From: Vitrella brassicaformis CCMP3155
Lineage: Eukaryota; Protista; Chromerida
Length of the DNA stretch: 64,000 bases
Assembly (NCBI GenBank): GCA_001179505.1
Contig: CDMY01000241.1
Span: 87,894 to 151,893 of the forward strand
Direction of reading: 5' to 3'
The translations under genes were made by a program, and so were the position numbers. Below are positions 50,205 through 63,711 of this stretch, piece by piece (within the stretch, counting starts at the first letter, position 1; every line of letters starts with the position of its first letter). The notes beneath the pieces were generated by a model. It ran no database searches. It saw only the letters and a program-made list of their open reading frames with translations, and had not been told where the DNA came from.

Positions 50205-50748
50205 GCTAGGGTAGGGAAAAGGACTGCAAACAAGAAAGCCAGAGGCACAGAGTACATTCTATCCAGCCACATCCTTCTCATCCATCCATCCTTCTCATCT
50301 CGATGCCCACCAAATTATCCGTGAGTACAGCACGTCTCAATTGAGGATTCTCATCACAGAGCTTGTTTGGCTTCTCACAAGCTCGCAGGGCGCCCCACAA
50401 ACAGGACGCCTAGGGTGCTGCCTGAAACCGCTGCTGCCCCGAAACAGAAACAGGAGAGGACGGTCCATTCATAATTCATTCATCCATCCATCAGGTGTGC
50501 GGCTACATTAGCGGCTAGAGATGTGTTCAGCCCCCCCTTGGTTCGTTGCCACCCATGAAAACACGACTCCACGAGCACGGTGTGTGTGTGTGTGTCTGTG
50601 CTGCCAGATCTTATGGTTGTCTGAGGTGTCGGCATGGAGGCTGCGATCACCTGAGCAGTGAGTGCGCAAGCTGAAAACACAAACACACAGGTGAATGCCC
50701 ATCTCGTCTTTCCCTCTATTTGTGCAGGTGGTTGGTAGTGTCCTGGCG

Positions 50749-53700
50749 ATGGACATCAGTAGCGATGGCGGCCCGGCGCCCTCAGGAGGTCATGATGCAC
50801 ACAGGGTGGATGGGCGTGATCCGCCAATGGTGTCATGCCTTGTATGTGTGGTGGTGGTGTAATGCATTGACAGGGAAGGAGAGCGGCGGGTCGGGGGGCG
50901 ACGGCAGCCTGCGGGATGTCATAGATCAGATACACTCGGTGAGAGAAAGAGACAGAGGGGAGGGAAGGCGAGTCTTTCCGCAGCTGCTGTTGGTGGCTCT
51001 GCTGTGCAGGTCGCCTCTCACATAGCCGCGAGTAGCGAGGCCGCGGAGCTGAAGGTACCAGCTGATGCCGGCAACGACACACAGGTCAGCACAGACGCTT
51101 CCGTGCAGCCATCTGCCCACACTCATTTCTGTGTACTGTTTACAGGCCTGCGTATCGCTGATTGACCGGTTGTCCGATGTGCTCAAGACCCTCTCAGACG
51201 CCGACTCGAGATTCAGCAATGAGCTGTCGCAGATCCCGACAACAGAGTACAACACACACGTGAGCATGGAATGACCAGGCAGTGACAAGTGGACCACCGA
51301 TCTTCATTCGTGTCGTGTGGTCAGCGATCCTGCATTTTTCGGTACCCGTTGGGCACTTGTGTGGTGGTGACGTCGCGTACGAGGAGGGAGGCTGGTAAGT
51401 ATGTGTGGGTCACGGCGCGTGTCCATCGCACCGAAGACAGAGGGCAGAAGGGCACGGCAGTATACATGAGGGAGGTGGGCGGACGGGAGGAGGAACTCGA
51501 GCCCGTCATTGTGCCACACGAAGCCAACAAACCGCCTCATGGCCAGCGGGTACACGCGGAAGGCACACGTGGGAGGCGCAATCACCTCGACCACATCCAC
51601 ACGTCATCTCTGCGCATGTGTTGGTGTGCAGGGCTTCAAGTTGTCGAGCGAGAAGGGTGTGGCTCGGAGTGACGGCAAACCGGTACACGCACCACCAGCC
51701 ACACAACAGGATATTACCGTCACTGACTCATCCGTGCGTCATGGTGTTTGTGTGTCAGGATTACGGCCGCCCGTGTCTGCCGGGCGTCCCTGCCGCGGTG
51801 ATGGGCCACATAGGATCGTTTCTGACAACGACGGCGGTCACTCGCCTGACACGCGTCAACAAGGAGACCCGGGAGAAGGCCACAGACGACACATACGGCG
51901 TTTTCCGACACTTCGCCATGACGGATGACGAGAGCGGCAAGTACAGGAGCATACAGAAACAGCACCAGCTAAAGCACCTGGTGAGATGGGGGTGCAGCGT
52001 CATCGGCAAAGATGTGGCACGTGACATTCGCTGGTTTGGTGTGTGTGTGTGTGTGTGTGTGTGCAGGGCAAGATCCGGACGGCCTATCTGGAGGCGTCAC
52101 CTGTGGCGTCGTGTGTCGTCGAGTGCCTGGAGAAGTCTGCAGAGACGCTCGGGGAGCTGCACGTACCGCATGTGCCATCTGGTCTCTTCTTTTCAACGCC
52201 GATGCGCGCGCCAGGATATTCCACCCCTTTCTCCAATTTGACCCACATGAATGTTCAGTCGTTCAAGTGGCTAGACTGCTTCAGGTGTGCTACATTGGAG
52301 AAAGGCATTCGTGGTGTCTGACCACATTTGTTGTGTGGGTGATGCAGCAAGCGTCGGTGGTCCCTCCCCGCCCTCAAGATCCTCCAAATCGGCAAACCAC
52401 CCAAGAGCCTCTTAATCGGCCAAGCACACTCGTACTCACACCTCTCGGCTGCAGCGTTTCTCGTGCCCCTCCTCAGTGCCTCCCCCAATATCGAACGGCT
52501 GGAGGCCGAGCGTATGGTCATTGACGACGGCGACTGGGCCGACTTCACCGCTTCCCTCAACAGCTGTCTCAACCTCACCACCATCGCCGGCCTGGACATC
52601 TTGATGTGCCAGTTCGGCCGCCTCAATGAGCTCAAAGACGCCCTCGACCAGCAGTGGTCCAAACCAGAGAAGAAAGGTAAGTCACCGAGAAATGAGTCCG
52701 ACCTCCACGAGTCCTGATTGTCTTCTCTGCCCCTTTCGCGGCTTCAGACCTGCCCAAGAAGCTGGGCTTTGTAGTGCGTGATCCGACGATCGACGGGGAG
52801 TACGGGCAGGGAGCGGACGGCGTTCAGGCATTCAGTAGATGGGCGGCGGAGGCGAATTGCGACCTCGAGTGGCAGCCGTGGGACACGCTGAGGGTCGGCT
52901 GCAACAGTGACACCGTCAGTGGTGGCCTGCCCGCGCCTGTGGGCCTCTATGGCGAGGTCGCCAGACAGCTAATAGCCAAGACGGCGGATGTAAGGAGCAG
53001 GCAGACAGTGCCTCGAGGGAGGGAGAAGCAGACAGACCGGGAAGGAAGCATGTGTGTGTGTGTGTGTGTGTGTCCATTGTGTGTGTCAGGTCACTTTGTG
53101 TGTCGGCGGACCGCGGTTTCACCCCTCGTGGCGTGACGAGCTCATCTTCCCCAGGGCCGAGAAGCTCACCATTGATGCCGACGGCGCGAGTGCCTTAGAC
53201 AGCATTCCCGAGTGGCTGACAGAGAGGGAGGGAGAGGGCCAGACGGCGGCCAGCCGCCACTTCCCAGCAGTCGCGCACTTGGAGGTGTTCTTCGGCAGTT
53301 TCGAGTTGTCTGATCTTCCCTCTGCCCCATCCAAGCTGAGCCGGCTTGTTGCGGCGCTGACGGGACTCAAGAGAGTCACCTTCTACTCTTATCCTAGCTT
53401 AGCTGTGGCGTGTGAGCTACTCTCGTATCTCTCTGTGCCGCGCCTGGCCAAGGCCTATTTTGCCCGGCCTCCTGGCGCCGGCCTTTTCAACGGGCCGGAC
53501 ACGTACGAGTGGCCAGACGATGTGCTAGAAGAGTGGCCCCTGCGCTGCCCTCTTATCGAGCACATGGCTACTGCCCCAGACGAGTCCGATGGGGACCTCT
53601 GGCGTGACAAGGAAGGCGTAGAGTCGTTTCTGCAGTTGGTGTCCACACTGCGACCACTGCGTGCCGATCTAACTGGATACATATATTGAAGTGAGCTTGA

Positions 53701-53890
53701 GGTGGGGGACGAGGAGGCGTTGGAGGGGGAGGGGGAGGTGGAGGCAGCTAGGCTCAGAGACCTCCGGTCTTTCGCGTGGGAGCGCTACGAGCGAGTCAAG
53801 GCACTCTACACCATGACGGAAGGGTCGTGCAAGGCGAGCGAGGCCTTTGACGAACTCTTCTGTCTCACTATGAAGCTGGTGGCTAAGTGA
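50749..53890 (+). CDS. Family 2 protein, copy B, carrying an extra beta-rich (SH3/Tudor-like) exon
   Basis: ATG at 50749 (MDISSDGGPAP), SLRDVIDQIHS, DYGRPCLPGVPAAVMGHIGSFLTT, LRR-like PNIERLEA, and terminal SFAWERYERVKALYTM...LVAK*. Confidence 0.75.
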
Positions 53891-54648
53891 GTTTGGGGTG
53901 GGGTGGGGTTGGCAAGACCTTGTACAGTCTGTCTGAGTGTGGATATGTATCAGCTATCGGGTGCCGTCTGGCCAGACGGGAGCACGCATGTGGATGGATG
54001 GATGCATGGATGGGTCGTGGGCTGTTGTACCGCCTAGCTCACTCATTGTGCGCCTGGTTCTGCTCGTGACCAAGCCTGTCTGGTTCTTCCATGCTGCCCC
54101 TTTCTCTCCAAGCCCTCTGCTCGTCGACCAACAGCAGTTCATCGACCCATCCATCTTTCTATGGATGTTGCTTGGTCGAGTACGGGCTGGGAAGGACAGA
54201 GAGCGCGGTGAGCGAGCAGCCGACACACGGTGGGCGAAGTGCGCTAGCAGCGGATTCATGCAGAGACAGTCAGACAGACCGGTGGTGAATGACAGCTGTT
54301 GTGCGTGTCGTTTGTTTGGGTGCAAATACGTCTTTTGTGATGGATGGACGCAGAGGATGTGTGTGTCGCATCGATGACGGACGCCTGCGTGTGAAGCGTT
54401 AATGTCTCGACTCGTGTCTGGCTGAGTTCTCGACATTCATTAAAGCGCAACTGAGGTGCGTCATATCCATCGCATCAATCCCCACAGGCAGAGGAGAGCA
54501 CCATACATGCAGCCGCCCTCCACTACACACACCAGGGATGGACTCGTCCATCAATATCTACCTCCAGTTCGTCGCCGAACAGCGCCCATCACCTCACGCA
54601 CGATCCTCTAACCATGAATGAATCACGCAAACATGAAGCCCCTGCGCC

Positions 54649-57583
54649 TCACTTGGCCACCAGGTCAACCTTTAGCCAATATTCCTCCCTCTGATTCAGC
54701 TCACACGACCCACTGGTCATGGTGTAGAGTGCCTTGAGGTCTTCAAAGCACTCCCACGCCAATGACCGGAGGTCCCCGAGCGCATCTATCTGATCCTCCC
54801 CCTCCAACTCATCCTCAGCTATCCGTGCAGCAAAGTTGACATGCACTGGGCGGTATATCGACACGAACTGCACAAGCGACCGCACCACTGCCTTGCCGGA
54901 CGCGTCGACCCATAACCCTAGATCCCCCCGCGAGATGCGTGGGCAGCGCAGACGCCACTCCGCAGGCACACTGTCGGGCCATGCATTGGACGCAGGAGGC
55001 TGCCAAAAGGCGACCATCTCCAAGTGCGTCACAGAGACATACGACAGCAGCTCACAAGCCAGAGCTATGCGAGACAAAGAGCGGAACCAGACAAGCACCA
55101 GACCCTCCAGCCCGCCCACGAGACGACTCAGCTTAGAGGGGGCAGAAGGTAGGTCAGAAAAAGGGAGAGTCGGAAAAAACACATGCAGCTCCCGGACCGC
55201 CGGAAAGCGGCGACTCAGCGCATGGTACCCCTCCCCCTCCCACTCCCTGTCACCGATCAGCCACTCGGGGATGCTGTCGACCACGGCCGAGGCACTCGCG
55301 CCCTCCTTGGCCTGGATGGCCAAAGTGCTGGCCTTGGGGAAGGTGAGCTTGTCACGCCAGGTCTCGTGGAGTGACTGGGTCCCACCCAGCTTCAGTGTGG
55401 CCTGATCAGGTCACAGACACACACACGCACACACGCACACAGAGAGGCGCAACCAAAACACATGCTGCCCTGTCCGGATCTCTCTCCCTCCCTGTATTGT
55501 CTGCCCGCTCCTCACCGTTTTGGTCTTGGCTATCAGCTGTCGTGCAATCTCGCCATAGAGGCCGCCGGGCGCAGGAAGGGCACTCGCAGCGTCGCTACTG
55601 CAGTCGAGCGCCAACCCGTCCCAATCTGTCTTCCACTCGAGGTCGCAATTCGCCTCCGAAGCCCATCTACCAAACGCCCGACGTCGGCAACTCCTTGCCC
55701 GTACGCCACACCGATCGACGCACCACGCACCGAGAACGCCAGCCTCTTCGGCACATCTGGCACACAAAGAATGGAGAAACAAGGCCGATGAGCCAGCCGC
55801 TTCGTGGTCCGACACAGCACAGCTTTCGGCCTAATCACCTACCCTTGTTCTTCGGTTTGCTCCAGTGCTGGTCGAGAGCCTGCTTGAGGTCATTGAGGCG
55901 GGGGACGAACTGGTCCATCCTGATCGTCATGCAGGTTATGGTGGTGATGTGGGGGCAGTTGCTGACGGCGGTAATGAATCTGGCCCAAGTGTCGTCGTCA
56001 AACGCGATGGGCTTGGTCTCTATCCGCTCAATCTTGGGCGCCCCCTCGAGGACGGACACGAGGGATCTCGACGCCTCGGGATACCCGTAGCTGTGAACGC
56101 AGACCTCGAGATTGGTGAGAGCGGGAAGGGCCCAACGACGGATGCTGCAGGCAAGCACAGCAATGTGATAATGTGATCAATGGCTGTTGTATGCATGGCT
56201 GTTGTATACCCACCTGACGTATTGGAGCCACAGCTTGGATTGGATCCCCATGTCTGTCAGCTTTGGAAATGAGATCGGGTCCCCCGGGGCACGCGCGTTG
56301 CTCTCATCAAGGGAGATGAGCCAATTCGACGTGTGCAGCTGCTTGAGTGTCGCCCTGGATGCCTCGAGGCACGCCCCCACACACGGCACCACACTGTGCA
56401 TCTCGACATAGGCAGTTCGGATCTTGCCCTGCACACCCGCATACACGCGCACATTACCACCCGACCAACAGATGTCACCAGGTGTTCCATCTCACCAGGT
56501 GTTTCATGTCCTCCAGCCTCTGGATTTTCCCGTAGACGCCTTCTTCGTTGGCTGTCACGCTGAAGTGCCGGAACACGCCGAAGGTCTCGTCAACGGCCTT
56601 CTGTCGGGTCTCCCTGTTGACCTTGGGCAGCCTGGCGGCCGCCTTGGCGGTGGTGAGGAAGGACCCGAGGTGACCCATGACGCCCTCAGGCAGACCCGGC
56701 AGACACGGACGGCCATAACCCTGACACACACAACACCACAGAAAGATGATGAGGCACCTACGGCAACAGACAGAAATGGTGATGTGTGTGTGTGCCACCT
56801 GTGAGCTTCCCCTTTGCTGCTGTGTCCCTCCCGCAGCACCACCAACACTACTCGAGCCACCTGAAGGCAACACACACCACCAGACAGCACAATCACCGTC
56901 GCGATGTCTGCAGCCACCGGTGGGCGGGCGGTGTCGTGCGCACCTCCACTACTCGCAGCAGCTACGGCTGCTGCCTGGCTGGTGCCAACGCGCGAGCGCT
57001 TCCCATCACCAGTTGACACCTGAGCACATGAGCCGGCCCGCCTGTGGATGCACTGACGTGTGTGTGTGTTTCCACTGACCGCTTTGCTGTGCTGTGCCGC
57101 CTTGTCGGTCTCATCCGAACTCTCAGACACACCGGGGGGTCGGTCGTTGACATTGTACAGCCACCGGAAGCCCTTGCCGTCGCCATCCTTGCGCTGACAT
57201 CCACACAAATGCACAGACAAGCAAGAACGTGACTGCTCTGTTTGCGTCTTCTGTTGGTCGTTCCATGCTCAGGTGTGTGTTGTACTCTGTTGTCGGGATC
57301 TGCAACAGCTCATTGCTGAATCTCGAGTCGGCGTCTGAGAGGGTCTTGAGCACATCGGACAACCGGTCAATCAGCGATACGCAGGCCTGTAAACAGTACA
57401 CAGAAATGAGTGTGGGCAGATGGCTGCACGGAAGCGTCTGTGCTGACCTGTGTGTCGTTGCCGGCATCAGCTGGTACCTTCAGCTTCGCGGCCTCACTAC
57501 TCGCGGCTATGTGAGAGGCGACCTGCACAGCAGAGCCAACACATAAGTGCTGCAGCATAGCATGCGGAAGACCCGCCATCCCT

Positions 57584-57622
<39 letters not shown>

Positions 57623-57805
57623 TTCTCTCACCGAGTGTATCTGATCTATGACATCCCGCAGGCTGCCGTCGCCCTGCCCACCTGAGTGCATTACACCAGC
57701 ACCACACACACAGAAGGCATTACACTTCAGTCGACGTGTGGTTGAATGTGTGTGTCATCACCGACCTCTTGAGGGCGCCGGGCCGCCATCGCTACTGATG
57801 TCCAT
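54649..57805 (-). CDS. Family 2 protein, copy C, inverted and tail-to-tail with copy B
   Basis: ATG at 57805 (MDISSDGGPAP), GYGRPCLPGLPEGVMGHLGSFLTT, PKIERIE, and terminal SLAWECFEDLKALYTM...LVAK*. Confidence 0.75.
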
Positions 57806-58333
57806 CGGGAGGACACTATCAACCACCTGCACCAAATGAAGAGAGAGGGAAAGACGAGATGGGCGCCCACCCGTCCGTTTGTGTTCACTGGTCAGGTGAT
57901 CGCAGCCTCCATGCCGACACGTCAGATCCACCTCAGATAACCATAAGATCTGCAACACACACACAGGTGCACAGGCGTCAGGGAGGAACCGTGCTCGTGA
58001 ACTCACGTGTTGTCATCGGTGGCAACGAACCAAATGGGCGCTGAACACACCTGTAGCCGCACACCTGATGGATGCATCTTATCCACAGGGCCTGGCCTCT
58101 AGGGTAAAAGGGTAACAAACCCTTTAGCCCCTCAACCCTCTGGCTGCCAGATGGCTGTCCTTCCTCCGTGAGTGTTGTGGCTTCTTTCGGTTCGTTGCGC
58201 AGCCCTCTGAGGCGAGAAATGTCCTCCTGGTGATCTGAGTTGATGAGCATTGAGATGAGAAGGATGGATGACTGGATAGAATGTACTCTGTGCCTCTGGC
58301 TTTCTTGTTTGCAGTCCTTTTCCCTACCCTAGC

Positions 58334-59819
58334 ATGGCGGCTGCAGCGTCATCTTCATCCGCTGCTGCTGCCGCCGCCCATGTAGCCGACTTACCTCACC
58401 CACCCGTGAGTGAACTGCACGCACAAATCCATCATGTGCCAGGCATCACTATGGCTCTCTGCTCTCTTTTTGTTTCCTTTTACTCATCAGGCGACGTCAT
58501 CATCGGATCGGGACCGCCCCACCGCCAGCCCTCCGCCCCTCTCGTCCACTGTGATCAGCAAAGCGGCCCACTCTGAGCCCACCAGACGGGCACTCCTCTC
58601 AAAGATCACCGACACCAACCAGCACGTCGTGCTCCAGTGTGTCAAGGAGGAGATCGACCGCCTGATGGCCGACAAGGGCCTCAAGAACGTCATCACCCTC
58701 TCCGCTGACCTGACATCGCTCAACCTGCTGCTGGACCTGGTGTACATCATCCAGCAGAGCGGCGAGTGGGCGGAGACGGTGCCCATCATCAGAGTGGCCA
58801 AGCATCAGGGGCGGGGAGGCGGGCAGTTGCCGATAGAGCTGGGCAGTGCTGATGTGGAGAGGGTGGGCAGCCGGGCGGTGTGTGAGGGGCGGTGTGAGGC
58901 ACTGCGGCAGCTCTCACTCATCCAGCGCCACATCGGCATCCCGCTCGAGCGCGACAGCAATGGCTTGGAGCGGCTGGGTGGGCGTCGGCTGACCATCCGC
59001 CCACTGCTGACCCTGCCGGCCAACCACCCCTTCCGCAATGGATACGACGAGGCCAACCCCGTGTGTGAATATCATGGTGAAGAAGGGAGACAAAGAGGGC
59101 TGTGGGCAAGGGGTCACTTGGTTGTGCGCGTGTGTTTGTTTGCAGGTGCTCACTTTCTGTCAGTTCGCGACGCTGTGTTGTGTCGGTGAGAAAATGAGCA
59201 GAATGATACACACGAAGACATTGGCTGCGCCGCTCTGCCGTGATGTGTCTGATCAGGATGGGTTTTGGAGGGTCGAAGGTCGTGGACCAGTGTGTTACCT
59301 TGTACAACGATACCGCCCGCTACAACCGACTGGTCAGTCACACCCACACACCCACACACACACGATTGCCTCGCCAGCTGCCGACTCACTCATTGTCATA
59401 TCTCCCTTTCTCTTCAGCGGCAGCTCGCCAGGCAGCCGCCGCCCATCTGGGGCTGCCACACCATCAGCACCATCCACTGGGCAACACTACAAGCCTTCGA
59501 CAGAATAATAGTGCTGCATGGCGACCAGCCGGACCACACCTTCACGGCGCACATCTACATCCAAAGCTTCACCCCCAATGCCGAGGCCCGCCTCTTCACG
59601 ACAGAGCGGCCGGTGGATGGCAAGGAGGGGGCGGCGTTGCTCCCCCAGACAGTGAGGGTGGTGCATGAAATGATGCGGGACGCTGCCGTGGTGGCGTTCG
59701 GCAACCGGCTGGCCATAGCTCTCCCCCCAGCTGCTGGTGATGATGGTAGTGGTCAGGGTGGCGAGCAGACTTCAGGCAAGCACAAGAAGGGGCGGCACAC
59801 AATGAAGGGGTGGTTGTGA
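58334..59819 (+). CDS. Family 3 protein, copy B
   Basis: MAAAASSSSAAAA first exon, QQSGEWAETVPIIRVA...GYDEANPVC core, and PPIWGCHTI terminal exon. Confidence 0.75.
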
Positions 59820-60022
59820 AGGCTTGTGTGGCTGGGTGTTAGGTCCTGCTGTGGGTGCTGCTGCTGCCGCCTCGTCGTCAGCTGCAGCTGCTCCACCTGC
59901 TGCAGGTGCGGCGGCGGGCTCCCTTTCGCAACACAATGGTACACACACACATCTACACAACACGCGGCACACAAGTGCACCGGTCGTTCACCTCCTTGTC
60001 CACCACCGCAGGCGGTGATTTG

Positions 60023-60873
60023 ATGGGCATAGACAGCGGTGGCGGCCCGGCATCCTCTGCAGGTCTCACAAGCCGCGCCTGATGGACAGCTTCCGTGTGT
60101 CATGCCTTGTGTGACCTGATTGTGTGGTACCGGTGCAGATGGGCAGGGCGGCGGGGCGGGTGGCGGCGGTAGCTGCGGCGGTAGCTCCCGTGACCTTCTG
60201 CAAAAGATACGTTCGATGCGTTCGGTGAGAGGAGGAGAACAAGGCTCAACACACGCAGCATTAGAGATGTGAATGTGTTGGCTTTGGCTTGCAGGTCGCC
60301 TCTCAGTTGGTGTCTGATCTTGACGTGGCAGAGCGCATGATCGCCTCACAAGCTGACAGCACACTGGTTGGCACGAAACACCACATAGCCGAGCAGCCGT
60401 CTTCTCTTGCCATTCGTGTGTCCGTATGTTGCCCGCAGGATGGCGCGTCGCTGGCCGGCAGCCTGTCTACTATTCTGGCGGAGATGACCAAGCAGCTGGC
60501 AGAGATCGCTGACCACAACTCACAGGTGAGGCTGCAATGACACATCGATGAGACACACACATGCGGCCGACACACAAACTCAGGTGGACCATTCATTTCA
60601 TGTGTTCAGGTGCCTATTAGTGTCCCTTTGGTGTCTGATTACGTGTCGTCATCTTCTGCCGCCCCTGCTGCGGCCGCCTCAGCTCCTGCTGCTGGTGGTG
60701 CTGGTGGTGATGGCAATCGTGGCGAGAAGGGCGAGGCGGCCGCATCATCGGCATCGACTGGCGACGATGGCGGAGAGGGTGAGATGGCGGCCGACGACAG
60801 ACGGCGGCAGAGGCGGCGTGGCGAGCAGACGGCGAAGGCCGCAGATGGCGGCAGCATGATGGGGGACGAGTAG
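60023..60873 (+). CDS. Short gene or remnant made of the family 2 N-terminal module plus an A/G/D-rich tail
   Basis: MGIDSGGGPASSA, SRDLLQKIRS, VASQLVSDL and ASLAGSLSTILAEMTKQLAEI exons parallel family 2 exons 1-4. The last exon ends at TAG 60871-60873 without reaching the F-box-like segment. Confidence 0.55.
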
Positions 60874-61434
60874 CCGACATCACATACTTGCTGACTGACG
60901 ATTGTGGTTGCGGAGGGAGAGAGGGAGGGAGGCGCTGTATGACTGATCCAGTGAGATGGATGGATGGATGGAAGAGTAAACAGAGAGCTGATAGACAAGC
61001 AGAGGGGAGGGAGGGAGGGAGGGAGGGGTGGCTATAGTGATGGATCCACTCACACTGGATGGTGGCGTGATGCGTGACGTTGGTGGATGTTGTGTGTGTG
61101 ACGCTCGACGTGTCTGTGAGATGCAGTGGATCATCTGCAGTGCTGGCCGGCTCACCATTTTCAACTCCAAACTGCAAATGGCATCGGTTCAATCCTCCAC
61201 TTCTCTTTGCGAGCTCTGAGCTTGCCGCGAGAAACGAATGCTCTGGAGCTTGTAGAGCTTGTTTGGCGCTCACTGCTTTCACTGGAGTGCCCTGCGATGA
61301 GAAGCTTCCACTGAGAGGCCGTACTCACATCTGAGTCGGTGAGCATTCAGATGAGAAGGATGCTGGAGGGATGTGACGCAATGTGTGCCTCTGCCCTCTT
61401 GTTTCAGGCGTCTGTGTTTGGCCAGCGCGGCGCC

Positions 61435-63215
61435 ATGGCGGCTGCAGCCTCATCTTCATCTGCTGCCGCAGACTTGTCGCAGCCACAGGTACGAGTAGCC
61501 CATTCATTCACTCATTCACTCATTTGGTTGATTGGTTGATTGGTTTCATCCATCCATCCATCAGATGCTGCCGTCATCCCACGAGCGGTACAAGACCGGC
61601 ACTCGTGTGTGGATGGTGACAGCCAATCGGGAGAAGGGCCAACAGGTGTACGTCAAGGCCGACGTCTACCGCACTGAGGAGACCGGCGGACGGACGAGAG
61701 TGTCCATGAGGGAAGTGGAGGGGCGAGAGGACTTCACTGTGGTGGTGCCGCACCAGGCCACGGCATCGCCGCATGGCCATCAGGTAGGCATTCTGATGTG
61801 CCCATTGGTCTGGTGGCTGCTGCAAGATCCACCTTGTGTGTGTGTGTGTCTGTTGTGGTGTGTGCAGATGCATGAGGGCTTCACATTAGTTGAGAGGGCG
61901 CCTCGGAATCAGTCCGACGGCGACACGGTACACACACAGACACACAGACAGCCACAACCACACAGACAGCCACGCACATATCTCTCAATCTGCCGCCTTT
62001 ACCCTCAGGCCGGCCAGCACGTTGGCCTGTTCGACCTGCCACCGGACGTCGAGCGTGACGTCGTCTTCGCTCTGCTTGGCCCCGATGGCCTCGCCGGCCT
62101 CCGCCGCACCTGCACACTCGGCAGCCAGCGAGTGTCGGAAGCCTATGTCAAGACGCAGATCGATGCACAGCTCGTCGCCAAGGGCCTCAAGAACATCCTC
62201 AGCTATGACCTGCCATCCGTCGGTCATCTGCTGCGGCTCCTGCACATCATCCAGCAGAGCGGCGAGTGGGCGGCGACGGTGCCCATCGTCAGGGTGGCTG
62301 TGCATCAGCGGCGGGGAGGCGGGAAGTTGCCGATAGAGCTGACCAGTGCTGATGTGGAGGGGGTGGGCAGCCGGGCGGTGTTTGAGGGGCGGTGTGAGGC
62401 GCTGCGGCAGCTCTCACTCATCCAGCGCCACATCGGCATCCCGCTCGAGCGCGACAGCAATGGCTTGGAGCGGCTGGATGGGCATCGGCTGACCATCCGC
62501 CCACTGCTGACGCTGCCGGCCAACCACCCCTTCCGCAATGGATACGACGAGGCCAACCCCGTGTGTCAGAGTGATGGTGAGGGGGGAGGGGGCAGAGCTA
62601 TGCGAGAGAGACCATTGGGTTGTGTGTGCAGGTATACGTAATGAGTCTGCGTCAGTTCGCGACGTTGTGTTGGATAGGTGAGAAAGGGATGAGCAGAATG
62701 ACGCACGAAGACATTGGCTGCGCCGCTCTGCCATGATGTGTCTGATCAGGATGGGCTTTGGAGGGTCGAAGGTCACGGACCATCGTGTCCAGCGGCACGA
62801 TCCCACACGCTACAACCGACTGGTCAGCAAGGAACACACGACTGCCTCACCAGCCGCCCACTCACTCATTGTCATCTCCCTTTCTCTTCAGCGGCAGCTC
62901 GCCACTCAGCCGCCACCCATCTGGGGCTGCCACACCATCAGTACCAACCACATTCGAGCACTAGGAGACTTCAACCGAATGATACTGCTGCACGGCGGCC
63001 AACCAGACGACACATTCGAGGCACACATCTACATCTACATCTCCTCCGACACGTCCTCCGACCTGGCCGACGTCTACCTGTACACGACGGAGCGGCCGGT
63101 GATTGGGGTCGGAGCCGCCAGGTTCCCCGAGACAATGAGGGTGGTGCGTCAGGCGATGGGAGCCGACGATATACAAGTGGCGTTTGGCAGCCAACTGGTC
63201 GTAGAGGTAGACTAG
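61435..63215 (+). CDS. Family 3 protein, copy C, with an SH3/Tudor-like exon and an F-box-like motif
   Basis: ATG at 61435, exon 61565-61783, VGLFDLPPDVERDVVFALLGPDGLAGLRRTC (F-box-like), and a core near-identical to copy B. TAG at 63213-63215. Confidence 0.75.
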
Positions 63216-63711
63216 AACAACTCATCTCTCAAATGCCGACAGTACAGACAGCCTTCCTGTCTGTCTGTCTGTCTGTCTGTCTGCCCACGGCAGCAGATGG
63301 CAGGCAAGCAGGCAGGCAGGTGTGTTCGAGAGACTGACGGATGGATATCTTGGTGGACGGTGTGTGTGCGTGCGTGATGGGGCGGAGTGGGTCGTGGCGT
63401 CCTTCAGTGGGCTGACAGAATTCATGTGTGTGGGGGTGTCGTGTCAGTGACGGATTTTCTAATACAACGGGATACAATGAAGGTTCTCTCCCCACACACA
63501 TATTCACCAACACGCGACACACACACCAATCCCATTCGTCTGTTGACAGATTGTCAGGCGCCGAACTAATGGAAAGGGCCTCTTGAACACACACGCATAT
63601 AAATCACACACATCTCGACTCACATCCACAAACTGCTGGTCAGTCGGAGGAAGGACTTCACAGCAGGGACAGCAATCAGAACAGCCAGCCAGACACAAAA
63701 TAGCCTCGGCC

